64,000 nt of DNA. Source: Planctomycetaceae bacterium (GTDB taxonomy: Bacteria > Planctomycetota > Planctomycetia > Planctomycetales > Planctomycetaceae). The translations under genes and the position numbers were made by a program. Positions within the stretch are counted from its first letter, which is position 1. Each line of letters begins with the position of its first letter. Below, one piece after another: positions 10,892-20,444 of this stretch. The notes below the pieces were generated by a model that saw only the letters and a list, made by a program, of their open reading frames with translations, was not told the origin of the DNA and searched no databases. The stretch covers positions 12,967-76,966 of the forward strand of contig JBBJME010000001.1 in NCBI GenBank assembly GCA_037719765.1. Direction: 5' to 3'.

Positions 10892-12219
10892 TCAACGGAT
10901 CACTTCCCGGATCGCCTTCAGCACTTCCGGCCCGGTCGTCGCCATACCATAGCGTTCCAGACAACGATCATGGAGCACAGAATGAGACGGTATCAAGCCC
11001 GAGTCCACCGACGGCAGGTTCAGGATGGCGTCAGCGAGTGACTTTCGTGAACCGGGTTCGTAGAGCTGTCCGAATTGCAGATCGGCGACTCGTTCCGGAA
11101 ACGCGCGATTCGGCAACAGTGCCGGGACTCCGGCCAGTGCGGCCTCCAGAACGCAGCCCTTTCGGCTCGCGGTACACAGTCGGCACGCAAAGCCAGTCGA
11201 ACGATCGCAGGATCCTGAACTTCTCGTCTCGACCTGCCGGACTTCCTTCCCACCGAATTCGACCGTCACCTGCCAGTTTCTGCACCGGCGCGTAGCCGTT
11301 TTTCGAATTGCATTCGATGCAGTTCCGGCAGAAATCCGGCGATGACAAAATCCATATCGCTTCGTTGCACGACGACGTCTGCGGCAGCGTCCAGAAAATG
11401 CCACGCTCCTTTTTCAGGACAAATCCGAGCGAAGTAGCCGATGGACGTGCGCCGGTCAGGTCGTGTTCCGATCGCTCCGGCGATGTCGATCCTTGTCGCC
11501 TCAGAATGCATCTCAAGATTCGTGCGAGCCGAATCCGCGTCGATCGTCAGAGGAATTGTGCGAAACCGAGTCCCGGGCAGATTCATGTAACCTGCCATAA
11601 ATTCGGCGTAGTACCGACTATGCGTGAACAGTCGATCGAAACTGGCCGCGTTCTGCGACACCAGTCGCCTGGCCTGAGATTTCCAGGGTTCCGTCAAAGC
11701 GTCGAGAAAAATATCGTCGCCTTGCAGCAGGCACACGATTGTCCCCGAAAAGCGCGACTTCAGCTCCGGCACAAGTCCTGACAGCAGAGCGTTACTGAAC
11801 AGCACAACGTCCGGTTGCAGATCATTGCACAGAAAATCGATCAGTTCTTTGATCTCCACCTGTTGCGGCCCCGCAGATCCGCGGAGTAAATCGATGGTGA
11901 GATCACCCAACTGACTGGCGTCAGTGCTGCTGCTTCGCTTTGAAAGAAACTGCACGACGGAGGGACGATCCAGCCATCGTTTGAAGAACCTTGGCAGCAG
12001 TTTCCAGCCCGGCAGCTTTGAATCGAGAAAGACATTCACTCCGCCGAGGAAGACTCGTGACGTGGATTCATTTTCTTCGTCAACGCGAATCGGCGTATAA
12101 GTTGGCAGCAGGACAGCATCCGCCCCTGCCAGCCGCAGCGCGCGAGCCAGCGTATTGTCCTGCATACATGATCCACAGAACATCCCCGCGCCGCCCGCCG
12201 TGATGATGGCAATCTTCAA
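10892..12219 (-). pseudogene. GT4-type (GT-B) glycosyltransferase broken by two frameshifts
   Basis: Homologous segments lie in three frames: 11266..12219 (MKIAIITAGGAGMFCGSC...IGYFARICPEKG), 11031..11516 (KLAGDGRIRWEGSPAGRDEKFRILRSFDWLCVPTVYREPKG) and 10892..11404 (CVLEAALAGVPALLPNR...). The shifts coincide with a T5/A5 run (11300-11304) and a C3/G3 run (11167-11169). Confidence 0.75.
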
Positions 12220-12241
12220 GGCATCGTTTCCATGGAGGCCG

Positions 12242-12280
12242 AAAAAAAAGGAGTCCCGAGTGTTCGGAACTCCCTTTTTT
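12242..12280. terminator. Bidirectional intrinsic terminator (A8 - hairpin - T6)
   Basis: aaaaaaaa-GGAGTcCCGA-gtgt-TCGGaACTCC-tttttt. That is 9 bp with one mismatch, flanked by A and T tracts. On the minus strand it directly follows the tRNA-like element. Confidence 0.6.
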
Positions 12281-12286
12281 ATAGAA

Positions 12287-12346
12287 CGGGTAGAGGGAGG
12301 AATTGAACCCCCGAAACAAGATTTTCAGACTGCCCAAATCCACCCG
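12287..12346 (-). pseudogene. Truncated tRNA-Phe(GAA)-like element: intact 3' half, no D-arm
   Basis: Minus strand reads CGGGTGGA-TTTGGGCAGT-CTGAAAA-TCTTG-TTTC-GGGGG-TTCAATT-CCTCC-C-TCTACCCG. It has a canonical T-arm, a Phe-type anticodon loop (CTGAAAA) and 8 bp of terminal pairing. The D-arm and the 5' anticodon stem strand are missing. It is followed by its own terminator. Confidence 0.4.
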
Positions 12347-12436
12347 AGAAGTGATCTAATTACATTTCAAAGAGTTTCGCCGCGCGGCTCTGCATTTGCA
12401 AGCCTTCGCCTTTACTACTTCACAGGAGTTAATCTC

Positions 12437-12779
12437 ATGGCAAAGCGCCGTTCTCGTCCCGCAGTCATTAAACCAGTTGGCAGTCCGGGAAATGCGGCTT
12501 CAAGTTCCAACGCCTGGGACCGGTCAAACCCGTTCGGCATTCAAAGACATGAACATCGTCGTGACATTGTCAGATCAAGCGGTGGCTGACGCCGGACAGC
12601 TCAGCCGACAGCTGAAGAAGTCCGGGATGACCATCGAAACACAACTGGAAAGTATCGGTCAATACATTGGAACATCATCCCCTGCCGACCTGCCACGGCT
12701 TAAAGCAGTCAAGAGTGTTGCAAACGTCGAGGAGCTTGGAGAAGTTCATCTTCCTCCGAGTCCCCTGGATCCGCAGTGA
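12437..12779 (+). CDS. Small hypothetical protein, possibly frameshifted
   Basis: ATG 12437 has a strong SD (AGGAG, 8 nt upstream) but its frame stops at 12589. The conserved-looking part (MNIVVTLSDQAVADAGQLSRQLKKSGMTIETQLESIGQYIG...VANVEELGEV, an I9-propeptide-like alpha/beta pattern) is in the frame of ORF 12396..12779, whose internal ATG 12549 has no SD. Confidence 0.35.
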
Positions 12780-12842
12780 TGCGCGAACGGCCTGCGGAAA
12801 GTTGAACTGGAGCGCAAAGGTGACGCAGTTCGCATGTTTGAG

Positions 12843-12884
12843 CTGCGTCCCGTTACGCAACGACTGCGTCCCGTTACGCAACGA
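12843..12884. repeat. Perfect 21-bp tandem duplication (ctgcgtcccgttacgcaacga x2)
   Basis: Read directly: 12843-12863 is identical to 12864-12884. It lies at the 5' edge of the RND relic. Confidence 0.9.
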
Positions 12885-13095
12885 CGCGATTCTGGAAAGC
12901 CGCGTCGTTCGCCTCCGCCCGATTCTGCTGACCCCAGGGGCCGCACTGTCATCAAGCCTGCCGATCACATTCGCCCCGATATTTTCCGGTCCTGGCGGGT
13001 CACCCATCTTCGGCTTAATCGCATCAACCGCCTTCACGCTGTTCGTGATCCCCGTCTCGTACTGGCTTGTTAAAGAAAAGCGTGATTCAACCTGA
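12864..13095 (+). pseudogene. C-terminal relic (~70 codons) of an RND (AcrB/CzcA-family) efflux transporter
   Basis: VPLRNDAILESRVVRLRPILLT...GGSPIFGLIASTAFTLFVIPVSYWLV matches the conserved last TM region of RND pumps (RLRPILMT ... STLLTLxVxPVxY). There is no upstream RND sequence. Confidence 0.6.
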
Positions 13096-13347
13096 TTTCC
13101 TGTCATACTGACTTCGCTGTTCGTTCCCTCGAGTAAAATGCAACGAGTGCGACGTCAATGCTTGATTTTGGCGTAGTCCTGACCACGCACTGGTCCGAGA
13201 GCGGGAGTCTGTGGCCGTGGCCGTCGGTGGAATGGTTGCCATTCTGCTGCAGCTGAAGCTGCAGCTGCACGGAACAACGGGCATTGGACAAGGTGTTTGG
13301 AACTTTGGAGGCACCAGTAATCATCGCTATAATCTGACACCGCGGAG

Positions 13348-15426
13348 TTACTCCGCAGCGCTGGAACGTCCCGGCCGATAACCCTTTCCGGGCTTGTTGC
13401 GAGATTGTTTTTGTGACGTTTTACCCTTCGCGGCCGATGCCCCTTCTTTCGGAATCGTATGGACGTACTCGCCGCGGATTCGAGTATTTGCATCGGCGCG
13501 GCGCTTATCGAGTGCCTCGCGCGGTGGATTAGATGGAATCAGACAATCGCAGCCCGATCCGATCAGATCCTGCCTGCCGGCCTGTTCCAGCGCTTTACGC
13601 ACGTCGAAATAGTTTTCCGGTTTAAAAAACTGCATCAGGGCACGCTGCAGTTTTCGATCACGCAGATGCTGAGCCACATAGACAGGCTTCTTCGTGAACG
13701 GATCAATCCCTGTGTAATACATCGCGGTGGCCACATCAAACGGAGCCGGAATGAAATCCTGAACCTGATCCGGACGGTAACCGTTGCGCTTCAGAAACAG
13801 AGCCAGGTCAATCATCGCGTGGAGATCGCTTCCGGGATGGCTGGCGATGTAATAGGGGATGATGTACTGCTTCTTTCCGGCCGCCTTCGATTCGCGGTCG
13901 AAGACTTCGGCAAATTGTTCAAAATCATCGCTGGCCGGTTTTCGCATCAGATTCAGAACGCCGGCGTCGGAGTGTTCCGGTGCAACTTTCAAATGACCGC
14001 CCACATGATGGCGTACCAGATCCTGCATGTACTCGGGTGATCGACGGGCCAGATCCATGCGAATTCCGCTGGCGACGAACACCTTCTTGATGCCCGGCGT
14101 TTCGCGCGCATCCTTCATCAGTTTCACCAGAGGCCCGTGATCGGTTCCCAGCAATTTACAGATCGTCGGATGCACACACGACTGCCGTCGGCATTTGGCT
14201 TCGACTTCGGGACGCGTGCACCGCATTTCATACATATTGGCAGTGGGACCACCGATGTCACTGATGACCCCTTTGAACTGCGGGTCACGAGTCATGGTTT
14301 CAATCTCGCCGATCACGGAGTCATGACTGCGGGACTGAATAATTCTTCCCTGATGAGTCGTAATCGAACAAAACGTGCAGCCACCAAAACAGCCTCGCAT
14401 GATCGTGACCGAATCCTTGATCATTTCAAACGCAGGGATCTTCTCTGTATACGATGGATGCGGTCTTCGGGTGTAGGGCAGTCCGTAGATGGAGTCCATG
14501 GCAGGCTGCGAAATCGGGAACCGCGGAGGATTGCAGACGACCGCCTGTCGATCATGGAACTGCACGAGTCCCCGAGCGTTGTACGGATTCGTTTTTGTGA
14601 TGATCTTCGTCGCTTCGGCAAAGGCAGGTTTGTCGGAAGCGACGGTTTCGAAACTCGGCAGCCGCAGAAACGTCGGCTCACTGGAGGGATCTCCAAAGCG
14701 TTCTTCTGATTCCTTCGCACCGAGCACATAAGCCATGCCTCGCATATCACGCAGGTCACGCACGGTTTCACCGGCAGCCAGTCGTCTGGAGATTTCCAGA
14801 ATCGTATCTTCGCCCATCCCGAAAGCGACAAGGTCGGCTTTGGCATCCAGCAGAATGGAGCGTCGAACTTTATCACTCCAGTAGTCGTAATGAGCCAGAC
14901 GCCGCAGTGACGCTTCCACGCCTCCGGCAATGACCGGGACACCAGGATATGCTTCACGCGACCGCTGGCAGTATCCGAGCGTGGCACGATCTGGTCGCAG
15001 TCCAATGCGACCGCCAGGGGAGTACGCATCGTCATTGCGGACCTTGCGATTGGCGGTATAATGGTTGATCATCGAGTCCATATTCCCCGCGCTGATCGCG
15101 AAGTACAGCCTCGGCTTGCCAAACGTCCGCCACGCATCGCAGGATCGCCAGTCGGGCTGGCTGACAATGCCCACCCGAAATCCAGCCGACTCCAGGACGC
15201 GGCCAAGGATGGCACTCGCAAAACTGGGATGGTCAATGTACGCATCGCCCGTCACAAAGACGATGTCGAGTTCTTCCCAGCCTCGTTCGCGAGCCTCCGC
15301 CATGGTCATCGGCAGTGGTTTTCGCTCGCGGGCAGTATATTGCCGTGCCTGCAGAGCTGCCAAAGGGTCCAGTTCTGCGTTCGAAAGGTTGATGATCGGC
15401 AAGCTGAGTGAAGTCGGATTTGTCAT
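13348..15426 (-). CDS. ygiQ: YgiQ-family radical SAM protein (UPF0313)
   Basis: N-terminus MTMAEARERGWEELDIVFVTGDAYIDHPSFASAILGRVLE, the CxxxCxxC cluster RGCFGGCTFCSI, and a basic C-terminal tail are all typical of YgiQ. Confidence 0.9.
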   Translation of the reverse strand: MTNPTSLSLPIINLSNAELDPLAALQARQYTARERKPLPMTMAEARERGWEELDIVFVTGDAYIDHPSFASAILGRVLESAGFRVGIVSQPDWRSCDAWRTFGKPRLYFAISAGNMDSMINHYTANRKVRNDDAYSPGGRIGLRPDRATLGYCQRSREAYPGVPVIAGGVEASLRRLAHYDYWSDKVRRSILLDAKADLVAFGMGEDTILEISRRLAAGETVRDLRDMRGMAYVLGAKESEERFGDPSSEPTFLRLPSFETVASDKPAFAEATKIITKTNPYNARGLVQFHDRQAVVCNPPRFPISQPAMDSIYGLPYTRRPHPSYTEKIPAFEMIKDSVTIMRGCFGGCTFCSITTHQGRIIQSRSHDSVIGEIETMTRDPQFKGVISDIGGPTANMYEMRCTRPEVEAKCRRQSCVHPTICKLLGTDHGPLVKLMKDARETPGIKKVFVASGIRMDLARRSPEYMQDLVRHHVGGHLKVAPEHSDAGVLNLMRKPASDDFEQFAEVFDRESKAAGKKQYIIPYYIASHPGSDLHAMIDLALFLKRNGYRPDQVQDFIPAPFDVATAMYYTGIDPFTKKPVYVAQHLRDRKLQRALMQFFKPENYFDVRKALEQAGRQDLIGSGCDCLIPSNPPREALDKRRADANTRIRGEYVHTIPKEGASAAKGKTSQKQSRNKPGKGYRPGRSSAAE

Positions 15427-15470
15427 GCCCGGATGATACCATCCGCATCAGCTTTCGCAAAAAGGATTCG

Positions 15471-15933
15471 TCAGTCAATCCTCGATGAATGTGTCTCTCC
15501 ATTCTCGGGAAGATTAAACAGGGGCGCGGCATCCACGATAATAAGTTCCCTCAAGGCACTCCACGGCGCCAATTCCCCTATCGTGCTGATGACTCGGACC
15601 CAAGTGCGGTAGCGGCCTGCGGGCAGGGCCGCCGAAGTGAACATGTTTGTGGTCAGGTTCTGCTCACGAATCACCTGAGACGCCCCGTCCACGTGGTCTA
15701 CCCACAAGTCGTAGCGGGCAGCACCATCCACCGGATTCCACGAAAACGTGGGGGTTGTGTCGCTGGTCGTACCTGCCGGAGTCAGGACCTCGGTCCGGCA
15801 GCCGACATAGATATCGATTCAGTCGCCCAGATAACCGCCATCTGTCCAATCACCGCGGATGTTGTTGGTACTGATCGCACTCACCCACCATCGGTAGGGG
15901 CCATCGAGAATCGGTGTTGTCGGTGTCCATGAA
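15471..15933 (-). pseudogene. C-terminal relic (about 1.5 repeat units) of a large repeat-domain surface protein, with an in-frame TGA
   Basis: One frame reads ...LDGPYRWWVSAISTNNIRGDWTDGGYLGD*IDIYVG...TPTFSWNPVDGAARYDLWVDHVDG...LPAGRYRTWVRVISTIGELAPWS. There is no N-terminal part. The frame runs straight into the 3' end of actP. Confidence 0.55.
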
Positions 15934-17907
15934 TTAATTGGCGTCCATTCGCGACTTCTCACGCCGCTGCGTCATGAGCGACACGGCGACCAGGGTCAGA
16001 AAGCCGAGCGGAATTGTCACGATACCAGGCTGGCTGAACGGCACGATGGCCGGGGTCTTCAGAAGGTCAAGACCATAGACCTTTTCGAAGGCTTCAGCAC
16101 TCAGCAGAATCCAGCCGAGCGAAGAAACCATGCCCACCACAATCGCGGTGATGATTCCTTGACGCGTTACGCGAGGCCAGAACAGAATCATGACCAGCGA
16201 CGGCAGATTTGCCGACGCAGCGACGCTGAATGCCCAGCCCACCAGGAAGCTCACGTTCATGTCCTTGAACAGAATCCCCAGCACAATCGCGATCGCGCCC
16301 ACGACCACCGACGACATTTTCGCGACTCGCACTTTCTCGTCGTCTTTCATCCGGACGCCGAACGCACTGCCCAGCAAATCGTGAGCCACCGCACCAGCCG
16401 AGGCCAGAATGAGTCCGCTTACGGTTCCCAGCACGGTGGTAAATGCAATCGCCGAAATCGCCGCAAACAGCCAGGTGTTCATACTCTTGGCGAGCAGTGG
16501 AGCCGCCATGTTGTCGTCGGATAAATCCAGCGCACCGCTCGTCATCGCTCCAAGGCCGAGGTACAACGTCAGCACGTAGAAGAATCCGATGCTGGCGATG
16601 CCGACAATCGTGCTGCGGCGGGCACTGCTTTCATCCTTGACGGTGTAGTAGCGAATCAGAATATGCGGCAGCGAGGCCGTACCACAGAACAACGCCAGCA
16701 TCAGCGACAGGAAATTGATTTTGTCCGAAAACTTTTCACTGCGAATCCCCTTGAAGATCGGGTTTTCGCCGGGACGCAGCACTTGCGAGCCTGGAGTGAT
16801 TTTCTGGTAGTAGACCGTGGTCTCCACCTTGTCAGCGAGAAGGATTTTCTCATTCCGCCACAGCACGACTTCGCTCTGTTGCAGAATGCTGAAGAATTCG
16901 ACCGGAGACACGGGGCCGGTTTCCGTCTTTCCTCCGGGCAAGGATTTCAGAAAACCAATCGGATGCAGCACGGCCTGATTTGGCCCGGTCCCCTTGGGGA
17001 GTCCGTTGATCAGCCGTCCGCCGTCAGCCAGTTTGGTGACCGTCTGCGCTTCCGTCATTGTCATCGGATCGCCTTCAACGGCCGGTTGGACGACATGGAA
17101 TACCGTCGTGCGTTTCGTCTCACGATCCCGCAGGTGAACATAAGACTGCTTCGTCTTATCCCAGCCTTTCGGTGTCGGCAGGACGTCCACGTTGCTCAGA
17201 CCTCCCAGCGATCCATCGTCGTTTGTCAGATCGTCATCCGTAACGGTGAGCGAGCGGAATTCATAACCATCGTTGCCACCATTCTCGACCTTGAAGCCTT
17301 TCTGCAGAATCATCCATGTCAGAATGACGCTGAAGAAAACCAGCAGCGTTCCTTTGAGAAACTGGACCCATGTCGTCGAGACCATCCCGGCCGTGACGAC
17401 GATCAGAATGACAACCGTCCCAACCAGCACAACGCCCGCCCAATGCGGCAATGCCAGCAGTGGCTGCACCAGGACACCGGCACCGACCATCTGCGGAATC
17501 AGATAAAAGATGCTCACCGCAAGCGTGCTGATACCGGCTGCCAGCTTGATTCCCGGTGAATTGAATTTCGAATCCAGAGCATCCGCAAATGTAAACCGTC
17601 CAAGCCGCTTCATCGGTTCGGCGATCACGAACAGGGCCACAATCCAGCCCGCGAGGTAACCGATGGAATACAGAAATCCGTCATATCCGTAGAACGCGAT
17701 CATCCCGCAGATACCAAGAAACGATGCGGCCGACAGATAATCGCCTGCAAACGCAATTCCGTTGACGAACCACGGGATCTGTCCGTGCGCCGCGAAAAAG
17801 CCTTCGGATGACTTCGCCTTACGCCCCAGCCAAAAACTCAGACCCAGCGTGAAACCTACGAAGACGGAAAAGAAGATCACGGCTTTCCACGAGAGTTCGT
17901 GAATCAT
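15934..17907 (-). CDS. actP: Cation/acetate symporter (SSS family)
   Basis: Length and sequence are typical of ActP. ATG 17905-17907 overlaps the yjcH-like stop (ATGA), the usual yjcH-actP arrangement. Confidence 0.9.
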   Translation of the reverse strand: MIHELSWKAVIFFSVFVGFTLGLSFWLGRKAKSSEGFFAAHGQIPWFVNGIAFAGDYLSAASFLGICGMIAFYGYDGFLYSIGYLAGWIVALFVIAEPMKRLGRFTFADALDSKFNSPGIKLAAGISTLAVSIFYLIPQMVGAGVLVQPLLALPHWAGVVLVGTVVILIVVTAGMVSTTWVQFLKGTLLVFFSVILTWMILQKGFKVENGGNDGYEFRSLTVTDDDLTNDDGSLGGLSNVDVLPTPKGWDKTKQSYVHLRDRETKRTTVFHVVQPAVEGDPMTMTEAQTVTKLADGGRLINGLPKGTGPNQAVLHPIGFLKSLPGGKTETGPVSPVEFFSILQQSEVVLWRNEKILLADKVETTVYYQKITPGSQVLRPGENPIFKGIRSEKFSDKINFLSLMLALFCGTASLPHILIRYYTVKDESSARRSTIVGIASIGFFYVLTLYLGLGAMTSGALDLSDDNMAAPLLAKSMNTWLFAAISAIAFTTVLGTVSGLILASAGAVAHDLLGSAFGVRMKDDEKVRVAKMSSVVVGAIAIVLGILFKDMNVSFLVGWAFSVAASANLPSLVMILFWPRVTRQGIITAIVVGMVSSLGWILLSAEAFEKVYGLDLLKTPAIVPFSQPGIVTIPLGFLTLVAVSLMTQRREKSRMDAN

Positions 17908-18254
17908 GCTCGCGGCTCCTTGCTCCTGGGCGAAGATTTTTCGCGGCACAGGAAGCCGTACAGTCCGGAAAGCAGGATGGCTCCGATGATCAGCCCAAAA
18001 CCGTACAGCACTGCGATGTTCAGACCAGCGATCGGCGTCGCCTCCATCTGGTCAGGGGCAAACGCATTCAGAAACACGAACCCGCCATACACGATCAGAT
18101 AGATCGTGAACAAGATGAGTCCGATCCTGGAATTCCGGGATTGCATGAAGGAACTTTCGATTGTGTCTAAATCTGTTCTGAATTCGTATCGTTCGTCATT
18201 TTTGGCGAGCAGCAGGGCGTCAGCCCCGAGTCCGTACTCTTGTTCAGAACCCAT
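17904..18254 (-). CDS. yjcH: DUF485 inner-membrane protein (YjcH-like)
   Basis: Two TM segments (IGLILFTIYLIVYGGFVFLNAF, LNIAVLYGFGLIIGAILLSGLY). It sits immediately upstream of actP and is translationally coupled to it. Confidence 0.8.
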   Translation of the reverse strand: MGSEQEYGLGADALLLAKNDERYEFRTDLDTIESSFMQSRNSRIGLILFTIYLIVYGGFVFLNAFAPDQMEATPIAGLNIAVLYGFGLIIGAILLSGLYGFLCREKSSPRSKEPRA

Positions 18255-18319
18255 GGTATTTCAACGAAAACTGCTCGGAGGGCTGACGCCCTGCCGCTCG
18301 CCTGTCAATGACAACTGCG

Positions 18320-19657
18320 TTAGAGACTCCAGCCCGTGCGGTACGCGCGTTTGATATATTGGTCCGCTTCAGAAGCGTTGGTCGCTCGCATTTCGGCGGC
18401 GTTCCATTCCAGTTTTTTACCGACGCGATACGCCACGTTCCCAAGATGATTGGCTTCCGTCAGCCAACCCGCGTATTCAAAGTTGCAGGTTGTGGGTTCA
18501 CCCGTTTTGCAGGCGTGAATCCATTCCTGATGGTGCCCCCTGGACGCCGGTATAAACGGTTCTGGCGGCTTGAAGTCTTTGAAGTTTTCTTCCGGCAGCA
18601 ACTTGTAGTGACCGTAATCGGAGACCAGCATTCCCTTTTCGCCGATGAACAACACACCGCTGTTCCAATCGGCAATACTGGCTGCGGCGGGAATCTCCGG
18701 ACGATGCGTGCCCTGATACCAGGTGAGCGCTACCTCCGGCTGATCACCTTCCGCGGCGTATTCGTAACGCACATGCATGGACGCTGGTGCGATTTCCTTG
18801 TGCGCTGGACCACCGAAGGGTTCAATAGTTTTCGGGGCTTTCAGTTTCAGAGCCCAAAACGGCAGATCGATCCAGTGACTTCCCAAATCAGACATCGTCC
18901 CGTTACCGAAGTCCCACCAGCGATACCACTTCGGGCCAGGGAAATAGACGTTATTGTAAGGTCGTTCCGGAGCCGGTCCAAGCCACAGATCCCAGTCCAG
19001 TTCCGGCGGAATCGGATCTGCGTTTGCCGGTCGATCCTGCACAGACACGATATCGCCGTGCGTTTTGGCTTCTTCCGGAGACTGCACTCCCCAGGCGCGC
19101 CCGACCCACACATGGCATTCGGAAACCTTGCCGATTGCACCGGTCTGAATGAGTTCCACGACACGGCGATAATTGTTTTCGGCGTGAATCTGGGTGCCCA
19201 TCTGAGTCGCCACGCCCGCGGTGGCGGCCGCTTCGCGAATTCGTCGAGCTTCATAAATGCTGTGCGTCAGCGGCTTTTCGCAGTACACATGTTTGCCCAG
19301 CTGCAGCGCAGGCAAAGTCGCAAAGGCATGGGTGTGTTCGCAGGTGCTGACGACGACTGCATCGAATTCATCAGGATGATCAAAGACGCGGCGAAAGTCC
19401 GTGTTTCTTCGGGCTTTCGTGTGCTGTTCCGCGGCTTTGTTGAGATGAATGGCGTTCACATCGCAGAGAGCCGCGATATGTTCGGACGACACCGACTGGA
19501 GATTGCTGCCTCCACGCCCGCCGCAACCAATCACGGCAATGCGAAGTTTCTCCTGAGTTGACGAAGCCGCGGGCAGGCCGGTCACATACAGAGCGGCGGC
19601 CATGGCGGAAGTCGATTGCAGGAACGCACGACGCGTGGAATTCTGGGAGGGATTCAC
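18320..19657 (-). CDS. Tat-exported Gfo/Idh/MocA-family oxidoreductase
   Basis: GTG start at 19657 with AGGAG 9 nt upstream. Tat motif STRRAFLQS. Rossmann motif [13 protein letters not shown]. Confidence 0.85.
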   Translation of the reverse strand: MNPSQNSTRRAFLQSTSAMAAALYVTGLPAASSTQEKLRIAVIGCGGRGGSNLQSVSSEHIAALCDVNAIHLNKAAEQHTKARRNTDFRRVFDHPDEFDAVVVSTCEHTHAFATLPALQLGKHVYCEKPLTHSIYEARRIREAAATAGVATQMGTQIHAENNYRRVVELIQTGAIGKVSECHVWVGRAWGVQSPEEAKTHGDIVSVQDRPANADPIPPELDWDLWLGPAPERPYNNVYFPGPKWYRWWDFGNGTMSDLGSHWIDLPFWALKLKAPKTIEPFGGPAHKEIAPASMHVRYEYAAEGDQPEVALTWYQGTHRPEIPAAASIADWNSGVLFIGEKGMLVSDYGHYKLLPEENFKDFKPPEPFIPASRGHHQEWIHACKTGEPTTCNFEYAGWLTEANHLGNVAYRVGKKLEWNAAEMRATNASEADQYIKRAYRTGWSL

Positions 19658-19720
19658 TGGGGAGACTCCTGAGGAAACTAACTTGAGTCGAATCGCAGGG
19701 ACACAGGCACTTCAGCGATT

Positions 19721-20008
19721 GTGAACCCCGACGCCGTGCAATGCAACCGAACGGGGATACCTCAGGCCGGTCGCCGGTGGAACTGGGACGCCAGCGAGTT
19801 TGTCACGCTCGGTGCGAACGAGATCGTCACCGATACGTTGGAACTTCCCGTTCGCCACTTTGCAGGGACCGACGAGGCGGGGACATACACCTTGCGGTAC
19901 GACTACGCATACTTTGGAACCTGGGACAAAAAGGTGGCGAGCGCTGGAGTCAAGGGAATTTGGCACGGGGCCATGTGCAGCCGCGAGATTCAACTTCAGA
20001 AAAAGTAA
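19721..20008 (+). CDS. Hypothetical 95-aa ORF, possibly a domain fragment
   Basis: GTG start only and no SD. The sequence looks like the C-terminal part of a beta-sandwich domain (TLELPVRHFAGTDEAGTYTLRYDYAYFG). It overlaps the convergent ORF 19950..20444 by 59 nt. Confidence 0.25.
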   Translation: MNPDAVQCNRTGIPQAGRRWNWDASEFVTLGANEIVTDTLELPVRHFAGTDEAGTYTLRYDYAYFGTWDKKVASAGVKGIWHGAMCSREIQLQKK

Positions 20009-20444
20009 CCGGTGCATACTGTGCAGCGGGACGAACCAGGTACCACAAACAGGCACCTCCGATGATAGTCCCGAGGGGAAAGAACAGCAGCCACAGCACA
20101 CAAAAGATGATCGCACCGATTCTGGCTCCTGGGTGGAAACTTCGCAGTCGGATACCGACCGTCAGCTGCGCTATTCCCAACAACGCATGCACACCAAACA
20201 ATGATGCGAGTGCTAGGTCTGCATTACCACCATTTGGAAAATAAACGACCGAGAGGATCCCGAAGACGATTGTCAGAATCAGCCCACCGAGAATCAATAC
20301 GCCAGCGATCGAGCGAACATTGCCTTCGCAGTCAATCAGCTGCTGTCGGATGCGCAAGTCATCCTGCCGAAACGGATCAAACGTTTCCGGTGCGACGAGC
20401 GGTGCGGCGTAGGGATTGAATGAGTGGGATTCTGCGGTGCCCAA
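19950..20444 (-). CDS. Hypothetical integral membrane protein
   Basis: Four hydrophobic segments (IAGVLILGGLILTIVFGILSVVYF etc.). No family recognised. The C-terminal end is uncertain. Confidence 0.45.
   Translation of the reverse strand: MGTAESHSFNPYAAPLVAPETFDPFRQDDLRIRQQLIDCEGNVRSIAGVLILGGLILTIVFGILSVVYFPNGGNADLALASLFGVHALLGIAQLTVGIRLRSFHPGARIGAIIFCVLWLLFFPLGTIIGGACLWYLVRPAAQYAPVTFSEVESRGCTWPRAKFP

Noticed and set aside
12287-12346. The tRNA-like element as a functional tRNA or as the tRNA-like domain of tmRNA
   Set aside because: It has no D-arm and no 5' anticodon stem strand, and no GGTAGAG-type 5' acceptor strand at tRNA distance. The acceptor lacks the G3:U70/GGG features of tmRNA, and there is no mRNA-like or pseudoknot region upstream.
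12843-12884. The 21-bp direct repeat as a CRISPR array or minisatellite
   Set aside because: There are only two perfectly adjacent copies with no spacers. No other repeat-spacer periodicity was seen anywhere in the window.
13103-13324. A 73-aa ORF with a QLQLQLQQ stretch, overlapping the CTGCAGCTG-AAG-CTGCAGCTG repeat
   Set aside because: The peptide repeat is a by-product of a short DNA repeat. There is no SD and no family resemblance, and it sits in the scar region between the RND stump and ygiQ.
18308-19561. Long ORFs antisense to or overlapping confident genes (for example 18308..19561+, 6482..7432-, 16663..17559+, 20424..21206+, 36191..36919+, 4391..5071-, 44093..44650-, 10200..10739+)
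   Set aside because: Each lies opposite or out of frame to a gene with clear family motifs. Their translations are Arg/Ser/Pro-rich with no recognisable motifs, typical of shadow ORFs in GC-rich DNA.
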